This document shows positions 52,501 through 64,000 of a DNA stretch of 64,000 nt, in pieces. Both the position numbers and the translations under genes were made by a program. Numbering within the stretch: position 1 is the stretch's first letter; each line of letters begins with the position of its first letter. The DNA lies in the NCBI RefSeq assembly GCF_028641065.1, contig NC_073400.1, forward strand, positions 20,274,001 through 20,338,000. The letters are read 5' to 3'. Under the pieces are notes generated by a model. The model was not told the DNA's origin, searched no databases, and saw only the letters and a program-made list of their open reading frames with translations. The stretch comes from Leucoraja erinacea (lineage: Eukaryota).

Positions 52501-53795
52501 TTTCCAAACACATCTTCCCTATCTCATCCACTTCACTACCCTCACCATGACCACTACCTTCCCTCCCACCTCTCGCTCACTCCCACCACCCAAAAACTCC
52601 TGGATCTCAACTCCAGGGGCTCGGGGTCTGTGTTAAAGTTCCTGTGAGCCTTGCCTGCACGTTGTGTGTGGTATAGAGAGCTGTGCTGTTCCTGTCAATA
52701 TTCTGTGCAACGTGCTCTTTGACCCTGAGCAAAGCACCCTAGATAATTCTGCTCTTTGCCGTTTTTAAAGAGCGGATTGGCTGCTCTTTATTCGTGGCGA
52801 GAAGTTTTTAAAAATGAATATTAATACCATTTTGTGCCTGCTGAGGTGTTTCTGAATTTGAAATGTAATTTTATGATAAAACAATATCCCTGGAATGTAC
52901 TCCTTGTATATATTTTTGTAGAGATTTATTGTTCAACCTAATAAGATATTAAATTAGATTTTAGCTAAACTTTAGTTGTGTCTTCTCTCCATTCTCCCCG
53001 ACTCCTTCCCCCAAACTATCTTTTGCCCCTCTCACCTGTACTCCCTCCCCCATCTTACCACTTGCCCTGCCCCCTCTCCTTTCTATCCCCACCTCTCCCC
53101 CCCTCCCATTCTCCCATTCTGCTTCTTCCCCTCTGACCCCTCCTCCCACTTCCACACGCTCCTTCTCCTCACTTGCCCACGACACCCAGCCCCCACTCGC
53201 CCCTCCCCCATTTCTCAACTCTCCTTCCTTTCTCTCACCTCGCCCTGCTGTCTCTCCCCCTCTCTACACTCTTACCCCCTTTTGCACCCCCAACTTTCCT
53301 CGCTCCCCCAACTCCCCACACTCCCCCAACTCTCCTGACTCTTTCCCCCCCCTCCACCCCGGCCCCCACAATCCGCCACTGCACATCCTCCCGCCCCGCA
53401 TCCCCACACAATTGGTTTCTCAGTCTGCATGCCCCACGATTATTGGATGGCCCTTTTGTTACTCGTCCTTCTGATTTTGGCCTGCATCAGCACTGTTGTT
53501 TGGAGGCCTGGAAACAAACTTCAACAATCCTTTCCACTGCTGTTCGTTGTTTGGTTCCACTCTGTCCACACTTCCTGATATTAGGAGATAGGATATTTTC
53601 CAGCTTTATTTGTCACCTGTAACCATTGATCCTTCCAGTGATCCCTCCTGCTTTTCCATCCTGCCTTCTACTCTAAAAGTCACACAATCAGACCCCTTGT
53701 TACTTTGCAATGGTGTACAACTTATTGTGATTTGTGCCGTTAATCATCTGGAGGAACACTCCAATAATCCGCTATCCTATTATTCTGAAAGCTTG

Positions 53796-54180
53796 AAGGG
53801 CCTGTCCAACGAGCATGCGACTGCATACGGCAAGCGCGACCAAATCGGAAGCGGGGGCCGCGCGGAGGTCAAGTGAGTGACGTGAATTTCAAGCGAAGTC
53901 CGCGGGAAGTTCGCGCATGACGTACGGCGTTGAGACACTGCGTCCGGCGTCGAGACGCTGCGTATGCCCGTCAAGGCGGTGCGTACGCCATCGATGTGGC
54001 TGCGGGCCGGCAGGCTGTCGCCGCGCGGAATGTTTGAACAGTTTTTCGGAGCCCCGCGTGATGTCGGGACCAGCTCCGCACAACTCCATACGGCCCCGGC
54101 GATCGAAGTGGGACCGGCCCCGCAAGGCCGTACAGCTCAAGCGACCACGTTAGGTCGCGCTTGCCGCATGCAGTCGCTTG
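53796..54180. mobile_element. CpG-rich MITE-like element (possibly PIF/Harbinger-derived), right end truncated
   Basis: 25-bp inverted repeats 53817-53841 and 54153-54177 (24/25 match); internal ~21-bp tandem units; left end aagggcctgtcc. Confidence 0.7.
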
Positions 54181-55736
54181 ATGATGCAGCATCTAGTTCT
54201 TCGTAACCCTGATTCCTGCTGCAATTACATTTGCCGTTGTTCTATTCCCCATGCTGTGCTCGCTTTTAACTCCTTAGGGCCTCCTTTACCGTATTCCCTT
54301 TAAGCACACAAGGTTCTCTAGATTACATGGTACCATCTTAAAGAGTTAATTAAATGTGTGATGGGGTCCTAATAAAAATAACATAACAATAATCAGCCCA
54401 CCTACATTGTCACCACACACTGTCGGACAAGAGAGTTGAGCATATCTTCCTGCATTAGTTGCACGCATTTGGATAAGCAGATTTCAAATGCGTTATTTTA
54501 CCATTTCTTCCAGTCTTCACATTTAGCAACCCCCCAGTTTGATATTCTACAAATTGCCTTGACCTTCCATTGATCCTCTCCTTCCAGCTGTTCCCATTAA
54601 AGCCCTTCCTGCAACACTAATTTACTAGATTTGTTGGGACACTAGTCTCCATCTGTTTGGTGAAATCTCCCAGGAGAGGAACTCCTTAATCCTGTATGCC
54701 AATGTTCCTTCAACATAAACTGCATTGAGATTTTTGACGAGGTGACAAAGGTCATAAATGACAGTTGGGCAGTGGATGTTTACATGTTTGTACTAAAGTC
54801 CTTCATGGTAAGCTGATCCAGAAGATTAAGGTGCATGGGATCCATGGAGACTTGGTTGTGTGAATTCCGAAACTTCCATACTCATAGAAGACAGAGGGTT
54901 GTGGTGGAAGGATGTTATGCTGGCTGGAGGTCTCTGACCAGTGCAGTTCCACAAGGGATTAAGCATTTTCACATATTTCTCCGACAGCTCACTTCCTATC
55001 GGAGGGATTAAAAGAGACAACAAAGAAAAAAGTTAGACCATTTTTAGGGTATACTTTGTTGGGGGTCCCCACAGTCAAGGGGGGGGGTGGAGACTGAAAT
55101 TCCCTCAGTTTGGAGGATGACGGTCTCAATTCTTTGGGTGCATTGACCCCCTCCCAGTTCTCGGGGTTTGGGAAAGGGTCCTGCCCCAGTAAACGTCTAA
55201 TCCTTGCCTGGAGTTGTCACAGTTCAGGACTTTATCTGATCTAATCTTATCCTATTAACTCGAGCTCAATCCGTTTACCTTGTGGATCAGCCGAGGGATT
55301 GTCACGAAGAGCTGAGCTACCAAAATCACAAATCTACTCTATCAACAACGTCTCGCCCAGAAACAGTCTGCATAAGACATTTCTGTGTCTAGTGGGGAAG
55401 GCTAGGCAAAGCCACTATACCTCTTTCCTTCCCATTCCCTCTCTGATTTACAGTAACGCAACGTGGAAACGGGTCCTTTGGCCTAACTTGAATGTGCATA
55501 CGGTTTTATAGCTGAACGTCATATTTTCTTACTTTTGGCCCATATTCCATTAAACCTTTCCCATGTCCATACCTGTCTAAAAGCCTTTTAAATGCCTGCA
55601 TTGTCCCCTTCTCTACAGCTTCCTCTGGAAGCCCATTCCATATATCCTTTCCTTTTGAATAACCTCCAGTCAATGTCCTTATTCACTTTCTTGGATCAAG
55701 GTGTCTATTTGGGGATTTCTCACTGCTGCCCGCCCC

Positions 55737-55737
<1 letters not shown>

Positions 55738-55807
<70 letters not shown>
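55738..55807. repeat. Poly-C homopolymer (70 nt)
   Basis: Directly visible; length is unreliable in assemblies. Confidence 0.9.
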
Positions 55808-55808
<1 letters not shown>

Positions 55809-56344
55809 CCGCCTCCAAAATGTGAGGACTTCTCATGCGTCATAGCCCAAAAAACGGTTTAGTCATCTCTCTCTTTATTCTTGTCTCTTAATTCCTTCTC
55901 ACAGGAAGTGAGCTGTCTGGTATATGCAACTGGGAGAAGTGTGAAAGTGTCAAACCTCTTCAGTAGGGAGTGAATTGTTCTGTGTCTGTAAATCAGGAGA
56001 GAAGTGAGATGGTTAATATCTTCCAGTATGGAACAAGCAACTCAATGTATTAATTTTGGCCCATCCAAATTCCTTTTGATGTTAGTGGTGAGCTTCTTCT
56101 TTCTCCTGTATCAGGCCCCTCTGGGTGAAGGTGCACCTCGGGTGCTCTGGGGAAGGGACCAGGTTTTATTTGGGGTTTTTTTTCTCTCCCTCTCTCCCTC
56201 AATTTTGGGGTTGGCAGATAATGAATAGCCTATTCTGCAGGAATCGGTGTCGGCGTCCCAGCTATTCACAATATCGCTCAGTGGTTTATTTCAGGGAACA
56301 GAGTGTAACTCTTCAGTTTGCCAAAGACACAAAGACAAAGATGG

Positions 56345-56810
56345 GACTGTAACATGTACAAAAAGTGGTGGATACTGCCTGGTCTATCACGGGTACTGAA
56401 TTCCCAACCATCAAAGGGATCTGTAGGGTGCGCTGCCTCAACAATGCAGCCAGCATCAACAAGGACCCACACAACCCTGGCCACGCTTTCAATTCACTCC
56501 TGGCATTGGGAAGTAGGTACAGGAGTCTGAAAACTGTGATGTCCATATTCAGGTTGCAGTTACTTTCCAACAAATATTAGGCGATTGAACATTTTGAACG
56601 TCAACTAAATTTTGAATTATGAATTTTCTTGGTTGCATTGTCAATTTCGGGATTTGCTTTACATTTTTGTTTTTTTTTAATTTATTTCACTTTTTTGTTT
56701 ATTTATAATGTTCTTTTGAGGACTATTTACAAACCCGTTGTGCTGTTGCAAATAAGAATTTCATTGTTCCGTTTTGGTACATATGACAATTAAACATTCT
56801 TGACTCTGTG
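56345..56810 (+). mobile_element. Rex1/Babar-like LINE 3' fragment
   Basis: Frame VVDTAWSITGTEFPTI..RCLNNAASINKDPHNPGHA..LLALGSRYRSLKT; tail caattaaacattcttgactct. Confidence 0.6.
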
Positions 56811-57010
56811 AGTAGGATGACAGGAGGCATCAATGCAATTTAAACAAGTTGAGTGAATGGTCTAAAATATAGCAGACGGAACAAAATGTGGTTACCCTCT
56901 GTGATCAGGAAATCTCAAAGTAGGCATGTTGTTTAAATGGTGGCAGACTGGAAAGGCTTAATGAACCAAGATATTGCTAGAAGCAAATGTGCTAGTGTAG
57001 GAAGCAGATA

Positions 57011-57715
57011 AGACAATAGACAATAGTTGCAGAAGTAGGCCATCCGGCCCTTCGAGCCAGCACCGCCATTCAATGGCTGATCATCCCCAATCAGTTACCC
57101 CGTTCCTGCCTTCTCCCCATAACCCCTTCCACTTCACAATTATGCGCCACTTTGTGTTGGTCTATCACATAAAATCCCAATAAAATACATTTACGTTTGT
57201 GGTTGTAACGTGGCAAAAATTCAAGGGGTATGAATACTTTTGCAAGCCACTGTATATGGGACCTTATCAAATGCTTTCTGAAAGTCCAGGTACACTACAT
57301 CCACTGGCTCTCCCTTGTCCATTTTCCTAGTTGCATCTTCAAAAAATTAGTCTTCAAAAAGTTACATCTTCAGAAGGTTCGTCAAGCATGATTTCCCCAT
57401 CATAAATGCATGCTGACTCGGACCGATCCTGTTATAGCAATCCAAATGTTCGGCTATCTCATCTTTTATAATTGACTCCAGCACCTTCCCCACCACCGAT
57501 GTCAGGCTAACTGGTCTATAATTCCCTGTTTTCTCTCTCCCGCCTTTCTTAAAAAGTGGGATAACATTAGCTACCCTCCAATCCACAGGAACTGATCCTG
57601 AGTCTAATGAACATTGGAAAATTATCACCAATGCATCCATGATTTCTAGGGATGCAGACCATTAGGCCGTGGGGATTTTTCAGCCTTCAGTCCCATCAGT
57701 CTAACCAACACCATA
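57011..57715 (-). mobile_element. CR1 remnant (3' end plus RT piece) interrupted by a Tc1 end
   Basis: 3' UTR 57011-57125; ORF 57362-57640 DWRVANVIPLFKKGGREKTGNYRPVSLTSVVGK. Confidence 0.8.
57127..57252. mobile_element. Tc1/mariner terminal inverted repeat fragment
   Basis: Ends GGGGTATGAATACTTTTGCAAGCCACTG|TA, i.e. TA-CAGTGGCTTGCAAAAGTATTCA on the other strand, a typical Tc1 terminus. Confidence 0.8.
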
Positions 57716-58262
57716 CGGAGGCAGGTACTATGTTGGTCTTCATTGTAAGATGTTTTGGACGATAAGAGCAGCAACGTCTAGAGTTATACAGGCTATTGGT
57801 GAGACCACACCTTGGACTGTTCTGTGCACTCACTAAGGTAGGATACAAATGCCACAGAGGGAGAAGAACAAAGATTCAACAGGCTGATTCCTGGGATGCT
57901 TGCATTGCTCATTGGTTCCATGAAGCTTCTGCTCAGTAGAGTTTAGAAGAATGTTCAGACAGTGCTCTGCAGGCTGAACGGAATGAGACTATTTCCTCTG
58001 GCTGTAGCTCTAGAACTAGGGAGCCACAGTTTCAGGATATACGGTTGGACATTTAGGATGGAGAGGAGCAGAAAGTTCTTCGCTCAAGGGATGGTGATCC
58101 TGCGGAATTATGTGCCACAGAAGGCGGCGACCAAGTTGCTGAATATATTGAGGTAGGAGTTTGATAGATTATTGATCACCTGAATCACAATTAATGCATT
58201 CCATTTGTCACAGCACACTGGATGACCGTCACCAGAAATGATCACCACGGGCGATCAATTTA

Positions 58263-58556
58263 CGGCGGCATGGTGGCGTGGCGGTACAGCTTGCTGCCAC
58301 ACAGAGCCAGGGACCCAGGTTCCATCCTGACTACGGGTGCTGTCGGAATGGAGTTTGTACATTCTCCCCGTGACTGTGAGGGTTTTCTCCAAGATCTTCG
58401 GTTTTCTTTCACACTCCATACAGCTTTGAACGTTAATTAGCTTGGTGTAAATGTAGTGTGTGCAGGATAGTGATAGTGTGTGGGGATTGCTGGTTGGAGC
58501 GGACTTGGTGGGCCGAAGGGCCTGTTTCCGGCTGTATCTCTAAACTAAACTAAACC
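58263..58556 (+). mobile_element. tRNA-derived SINE (HE1/V-SINE-like)
   Basis: ggcggcatggtggcg (A box)...ggttccatcc (B box)...tgtatctctaaactaaactaaac tail. Confidence 0.85.
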
Positions 58557-59326
58557 AACACCATCTTAAGGCACTGGGGGACAGGCTATAAATTCTGGCC
58601 TTGTGGCATGAAAGCATAACAAGAAATCGGAGAGGAGGGTGGAGTGGGGAACTGAGGTACAGAGAGATGTGAGGACTCTGCTTCACCCTCCTCACTGGAC
58701 TCAGATGCATCCAGTGTAGAGGGCTTCTCTGGACAAGGATTATTGAGTGCAGAGAGTTTGGGAAGCTCCACGCACCACGAGAATCCCTCAGCTTATCCTC
58801 AAGGTAGACTGATCAAAGTACAGTTAATAGGATCAGATTGCATCAGCGTGGATAATGTCCTGCAGCTTGCCAACTCCAGCCTGGGTTATAGGACTTGTAC
58901 TGGGGAGAGCCACTCCCCAAAACACCAACCAGTGGGGAAACCCCACACTGCTGATTGTTCACCACCACTTTCCCCCGCACCCCCACCCTCCCCACCGCCT
59001 CCCCACCACCCTCTTGTGACATTGGGGACTCCTCACCCCTAACTAGCTGTTGCAGTATTGCACGCCTATACTAGTGACTGTCCGTCCATCTTTCAATGCT
59101 CCCATCCTCCTCTACCTCCTCAATCTCACTGTTTTTCTCCAGTTCTCTATTCAGTGGTGTAGGCGGCTCTGATTTTGAAATAATCACTTTTACAGACTTG
59201 AGCTGATTAGATGGAGAAAATGAGGGAAAGGAGTGAGAGAGGAAGGGGTGAATTGGGGGCAGTGATAGGTGTAGTTAAGCCTGCTTGTGTGAGCTGATAA
59301 TGAACAGCAATCTGCTCCTGCTGAGT

Positions 59327-59587
59327 NNNNNNNNNNNNNNNNNNNNNNNNNNNNNNNNNNNNNNNNNNNNNNNNNNNNNNNNNNNNNNNNNNNNNNNNNN
59401 NNNNNNNNNNNNNNNNNNNNNNNNNNNNNNNNNNNNNNNNNNNNNNNNNNNNNNNNNNNNNNNNNNNNNNNNNNNNNNNNNNNNNNNNNNNNNNNNNNNN
59501 NNNNNNNNNNNNNNNNNNNNNNNNNNNNNNNNNNNNNNNNNNNNNNNNNNNNNNNNNNNNNNNNNNNNNNNNNNNNNNNNNNNNNNN
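59327..59587. other. Assembly gap (261 N) just upstream of the ETV3L start exon
   Basis: Run of n. Confidence 1.
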
Positions 59588-59675
59588 TTTCTCCTTTTCT
59601 CTCCGTTTCTATTTCTCTTTTTCCCTCAGTTTCGAACAAATTCTTCATTTACTTAACCAGGCTCCTGGGGCAGCG

Positions 59676-59721
59676 ATGCAGTGTGGCTGTGAAACTGAAT
59701 TTGTACACTACTGGCTTCCAG
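59676..59721 (+). CDS. ETV3L: ETV3L first coding exon
   Basis: Acceptor ttaaccag|59661; ATG CAG TGT GGC TGT...TGG CTT CCA G|gttagt; MQCGCETEFVHYWLP(G), phase 1. Confidence 0.75.
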
Positions 59722-61135
59722 GTTAGTGCTTCATCTACTTTTCCACCAGCATGGCCAATGTTTTCTGCCAGTTCTAAGGTAATTTTCTCCCTCTCTCTCT
59801 CCTCTCTCTCCATCTCTCCCTCTCTCCCTCTCTCCCTCTCTCCCTCTCTCCCTCTCTCTCTCTCTCTTCTCCTCCCTGTCTACCTCTGTGTGTCTCTCTT
59901 ATTCTTCCTTTCTGGACTCGTTCTTTCTTCCTGTCTAATTTTTCTTCCTCCATTCACCCTTCATAATCTCTATCCTTCCTTTCATCTCTCATCCTCCTCT
60001 CCCTCTCGCCATCTCTCATTGACTTCTCCGATCTCTATCTCTTGATTTCTGTCCCAAACTTTCATTCCCTTCTCTCCTTCCCTCTCCTCCTCTCCATCCC
60101 TTCCATCTCTTTCCCTCTCTGTATCCTTTCTTTATCTTTCTCTTTCTATTCTTCGCTCCCTTTATCTCAGTTTTTCCACTCTTTCTGCCTTTCTCTCTCA
60201 GAATAATACCTCTCCCTGCGAGTGTGTCTTGTTTTCTCCCCATAACTTTTTTTCCAGATTTTTCCTCACTCAGCCTCTCGTTCTCCCTGCCTGTCTCATC
60301 TCTGTTCTTCTCGTAATATCATTTTCCTTTGTGGTGTGTTGTCTTTTCTTTTCTCATGCTCCGCATATCACTCTCCCCATCTCCTTCTCATTCTGTCTAT
60401 ACACCCTCTCACTTACATTCTCCCCATCTTTGTGTACCTTAATGATGAAAGTGTTTACAGTTGCACAGTTGCATACAGTAGAAGTGTAGAGCTGGAGGTG
60501 GTGAAAGAAATAAGGAGGTATGTGCAGGCCACTGTGGGTTATAGAGACAGTGAGGGTTGTAGGGGGCTGGAACAATTGGTGGGCATCGTAGGATCTTAAG
60601 GAGCTTACTGTAATGAGGAGGTCTCTGTAACTCCTCCAGCTCTCTCACTATCCCTATCTCAGGCTTGGTTTGCTCCCAGCAGCTTTCTGTGACTGATTTT
60701 CCCTCCTTGCACTGTTATGGATATTATTTTCATATTTCTTTGTAATGTAAAGGAGGCCATTTGGCCCATTAAGTGTCTGTCAGGTCACAGAGTGCAAACC
60801 CAACTACCGCACCACTAACCCTCCCGCCTAGCTTATTCTCCTGTGGCTGATTGTCTGCACATTAGAGTCGGCTTTTGATGGCTAATTATCCTGCCAACCT
60901 GTATACTTTGGAAAACACAAGTGAGAGAACATGCAGATTTCACACAGATGGCACCTGCAATCAGGATTGAACCTGGGTCTCTGCAGCTGTGAGAAGGTTG
61001 CATTACATGAAGTAGCTCTGTGTCCCTATCCCATGTTTGAGGCCTGCCTTCTACTCCTGTCTCTGTGAGTCCTATTTAAGGCCTATTTTCTGGCTTGGTG
61101 GTGATTCCTGTGTGCTTCGGGACTATTCTCCGCAG

Positions 61136-61370
61136 GCATCGCCTACCCAGACTGGGCCTACAAGCCAGACTCCAGCCCTGGGAGCCGCCAAATACAGCTT
61201 TGGCACTTCCTCCTGGACCTACTGCGCACGGAGGAGTTCCGGGAGGTGATCACGTGGCAGGGAGAATTCGGGGAGTTTGTCATCAAGGATCCCGATGAGG
61301 TGGCTCGCCTGTGGGGAGCGAGGAAGGGCAAGCCCCAGATGAACTATGATAAACTCAGCAGGGCCCTCAG
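61136..61370 (+). CDS. ETV3L: ETV3L ETS exon A
   Basis: 235 nt; [78 protein letters not shown]. Confidence 0.93.
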
Positions 61371-62618
61371 GTAATGTCGTAGGCGATGTGTGCCCCAGCA
61401 TCCTGTCTGACACACACTGACATTCTAACTGCCACATCCTCCCATTTACTCCTTTCTTTTTCATCCCTCCTCTCTCTCCCCTCTCCCTGTCTCTCCCACG
61501 ATACTGCTCCCTCTGTCTCTCTCTCAAAACTTCTCTCCCCTCTAACTCTCACCTAGCTAATTTCTCAATTATCTTCCCTCTCTCCCTATCCCACTCCCCA
61601 TCTTACCCCATCTTCCCTCATTCCCAACACGGCCTCTCTCTCTCTCTCTCTCTCCCTACTCCTCACCTCGCATCAATTGATTTCCAGCTGATTTCCTCTC
61701 TTTCTCCGTCTCTCCAAAAGTCTCCTTCCCTCCAGCCAAAAACCCTCCTCTTACTCTCTTCCTTTCTATCACCCTGTGCTTTTTTCTCTCTCTGCCTCTC
61801 TCTCCAGCCCTCCAGTTGTTCTCCCTGTGTTATTCATCACTTATCTCTCCCATCTCTGTCCACTCTTTCTTTCACTGTCCCACTCTCCCTCCTTTCAAGC
61901 TTCTTCATCCATTTTCTCCCCTTCTGCCTCATTTGCTGCCTCTATTATTTTTCTGCTCTTTCCCTCTTCCCCACCGCTTAAATTCCACATCTTCTGCAGT
62001 GACTGTCTCTCTTCTTCCATCAGCTCTCCCCAGCCATATCTCTCCTTTCCCTCCCCTCCCTTGCTGTCCTGCACTCTCCCTTCTTCCGCACTCCCCTTTT
62101 CCACCCCACCTCCCTGCTCTACACCCACAGCGTGCATTTCTCCCAATTCTGTCCCCGATACCCACCCTTTCCCCTCTCTGCCTTCTCCACTTGCCCTCTT
62201 CTCCCCTTCCTCTTTCAGCCTGATTCCCCCATCCGTTGCTTCCCTACCACTCTCCCTTAGTCACTGATTCTCCTTCACAAACGTGTGTTGTTTTTATTTC
62301 CCTCTCTGGATCTCTCTCTCCTTCTCTCCCATCTCTCACCCCAGCTTTCCCATTCCTCCCCTTGCCTGCCCACTCTCCATCCCCACTCCCTTTCTCACTC
62401 ACTCTCTCCTCCCATCAGCACTCTTTCCCCTTTGATTTCCTCCTTATTCCTCCCCTCATCCCGGCATTCCATCTGCCATTTGCTTCTGATCTCACTTACT
62501 TTCCGCCATGCCCTCCCTCTGCATCCATTCTCTCCTCTCTTCGCTTCCCTCTGATTTTCCCCCTGCAATTACTTTGCCCCTTCTGTCCCCAGTATGTGAC
62601 TCTGCGCCTCTCCCCCAG

Positions 62619-62799
62619 GTATTACTACAACAAGCGGATTTTGAATAAGACCAAGGGCAAGAGGTTTACTTATAAGTTCAACTTCAGTACACTGGTGATG
62701 TTGAAATGGCCACTATGGGACCTGCCAATATCTCCACTACTCTTGGGAATTCCTGTGGAGGTCCCTCAAGTGCTGGAACCTCGTGTTGCCCAGTCCCAG
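62619..62799 (+). CDS. ETV3L: ETV3L ETS exon B (extended)
   Basis: cag|G TAT TAC TAC; [60 protein letters not shown]|gtcagt. The donor is the best candidate, not proven. Confidence 0.85.
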
Positions 62800-62994
62800 G
62801 TCAGTCAGTGCATTGCGTTACCTAAGTATTTATTGATGGAGGGAAGGGGAGGAGGGGGCTATAAGAGAGGAAGTGAAATGAGGGGTGAAGAGACGACGGG
62901 GGAAGGGAGAACTTTGAGGAGAGCACTTGGCAGCAGGGAAGAACAGACGAAAGAGAGGAGGAAGGGAAAGAGAAGGGTTTGGAAAAGGGGAAAT

Positions 62995-63810
62995 GATATG
63001 ATACGATGGAACTTATTTATCCCAGGAGGGAAATTGATCTGCCAACAGTCATAAAAACACAAAATACATGAAATATGAAACTAAAGTGACAAGTGGAAAG
63101 GATTGGGGGTGTACACAGATTGGGTAGGGAAGGGTGGAAGGAAGGGGAGTCAGTCTCAGTCTACCCCACGACAAGGGGGAGGAGTTGTACAATTTGATAG
63201 CCACAGGGATGAAGGATCTCCTCTAACGTTCTGTCCTGCATCTTGATGGAACCAGTCAGCGTCTAGGTACATCTCAGGTTGACCAGTGTGTCATGGAGGG
63301 GGTGAGCTGCATTGTCCAGGATGCTCCGCGGTTTGAGGAGCATCATCCCCGCCAATACCATCTCCCATGAATCCATCGCTGCCTCTAGGATGGAGCCAGC
63401 CTTCCTATTGGGTTTGTTAATCCCATTGGGGTCCATGGCCTTCGCCCTGTTGCCCCAGCACATGGCAGCGAAGAAGATGGCACTGGCTACCACCCATTGG
63501 CAGAACATCTGCAGCATCTTACTGCAGACGTTGAAGGAGTGGAGCCTTCTCAAAAAGTACAACCGGTTCTGCCCCTTCTTGTACAGGGCCTCAGAGTTCC
63601 TGGACCAGTCCAATTTACTGTCCAGGTACACTCCAAGGTAACTGTTCTCCCTGGTAAACTGCACATCCACACCATTGATGGAAGCAAGGGGCCACGGGCG
63701 TTGTTCTCATCCCAATTACCTCCATTAACTCCTTAGTCTTGTCGGTGTTGAGCTGCAGGTGATTCAGCCCACACTACTCAACAAAGTCGTTGACTACGCC
63801 TCTGTATTCA
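62995..63810 (-). mobile_element. Rex1/Babar-like LINE 3' part
   Basis: ORF 63263-63670 YLGVYLDSKLDWSRNSEALYKKGQNRLYFLRRLHSFNVCSKMLQMF..VVASAIFFAAMCWG. Confidence 0.8.
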
Positions 63811-64000
63811 GCACATGAACCTGCAAGAAATGAAATAGTAGGCCTTTAGGGGAAGGTAATAGGTGTGGGAGGAGAGGGAAAGGCAAGAGAGGAGATTACA
63901 TAGAGAGCAAGGGACGAGGTTCAGGGAGGAGAGGGAAGATCAGAGTAGGACCAGGGAGGATGTCATGGTGTGATAGAGGTAATCTGCACGATGCCCCTCC

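Larger units (their letters stand above)
59676..62799 (+). other. ETV3L: ETV3L gene, 5' part (join 59676-59721,61136-61370,62619-62799); 3' exons not found in the window
   Basis: N-terminus MQCGC...WLPG resembles recalled human ETV3L MHCSC...WISG; post-[16 protein letters not shown] resembles ETV3L PLWEV..SPHLLLG; tandem downstream of ETV3. Confidence 0.8.

Noticed and set aside
55592-55825. Poly-proline ORF
   Set aside because: Translation of a 70-nt poly-C run whose length is probably unreliable.
61136-62799. Second ETS copy as an assembly haplotype duplicate or pseudogene
   Set aside because: Differences are mostly synonymous, frames and splice sites are intact, and it has its own distinct first exon, introns and post-ETS sequence.

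Overview
Vertebrate genomic DNA. The repeat complement (CR1 LINEs, HE1/V-SINE-like SINEs, Penelope-like elements) points to a cartilaginous fish, probably a skate or ray; this is inference. Four spliced protein-coding genes were reconstructed by hand from GT-AG junctions. (1) The last four coding exons of DCAF8 (+, 1234-2465). (2) A complete 23-exon Na+/K+-ATPase alpha-2 gene, ATP1A2 (-, 34166-6900; 3066-nt CDS, 1021 aa). (3) A complete, compact ETV3 (+, 47792-52160; 358 aa). (4) The first three coding exons of ETV3L (+, 59676-62799, continuing beyond what can be traced). Introns and intergenic DNA carry CR1, L1/Tx1, Rex1/Babar, Penelope, SINE, Helitron, Tc1 and MITE remnants, minisatellites, long purine/pyrimidine tracts and two N gaps. 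The most interesting signals are: apparent concerted evolution (gene conversion) of the ETS exons between the old paralogs ETV3 and ETV3L; a dispersed Penelope-terminal repeat with a minimal hammerhead-ribozyme core that also occurs as a ~117-bp insert with its own target-site duplication; and a DCAF8-ATP1A2-ETV3-ETV3L gene order without CASQ1/PEA15. Comparisons with human proteins are from recall, not from a database search.
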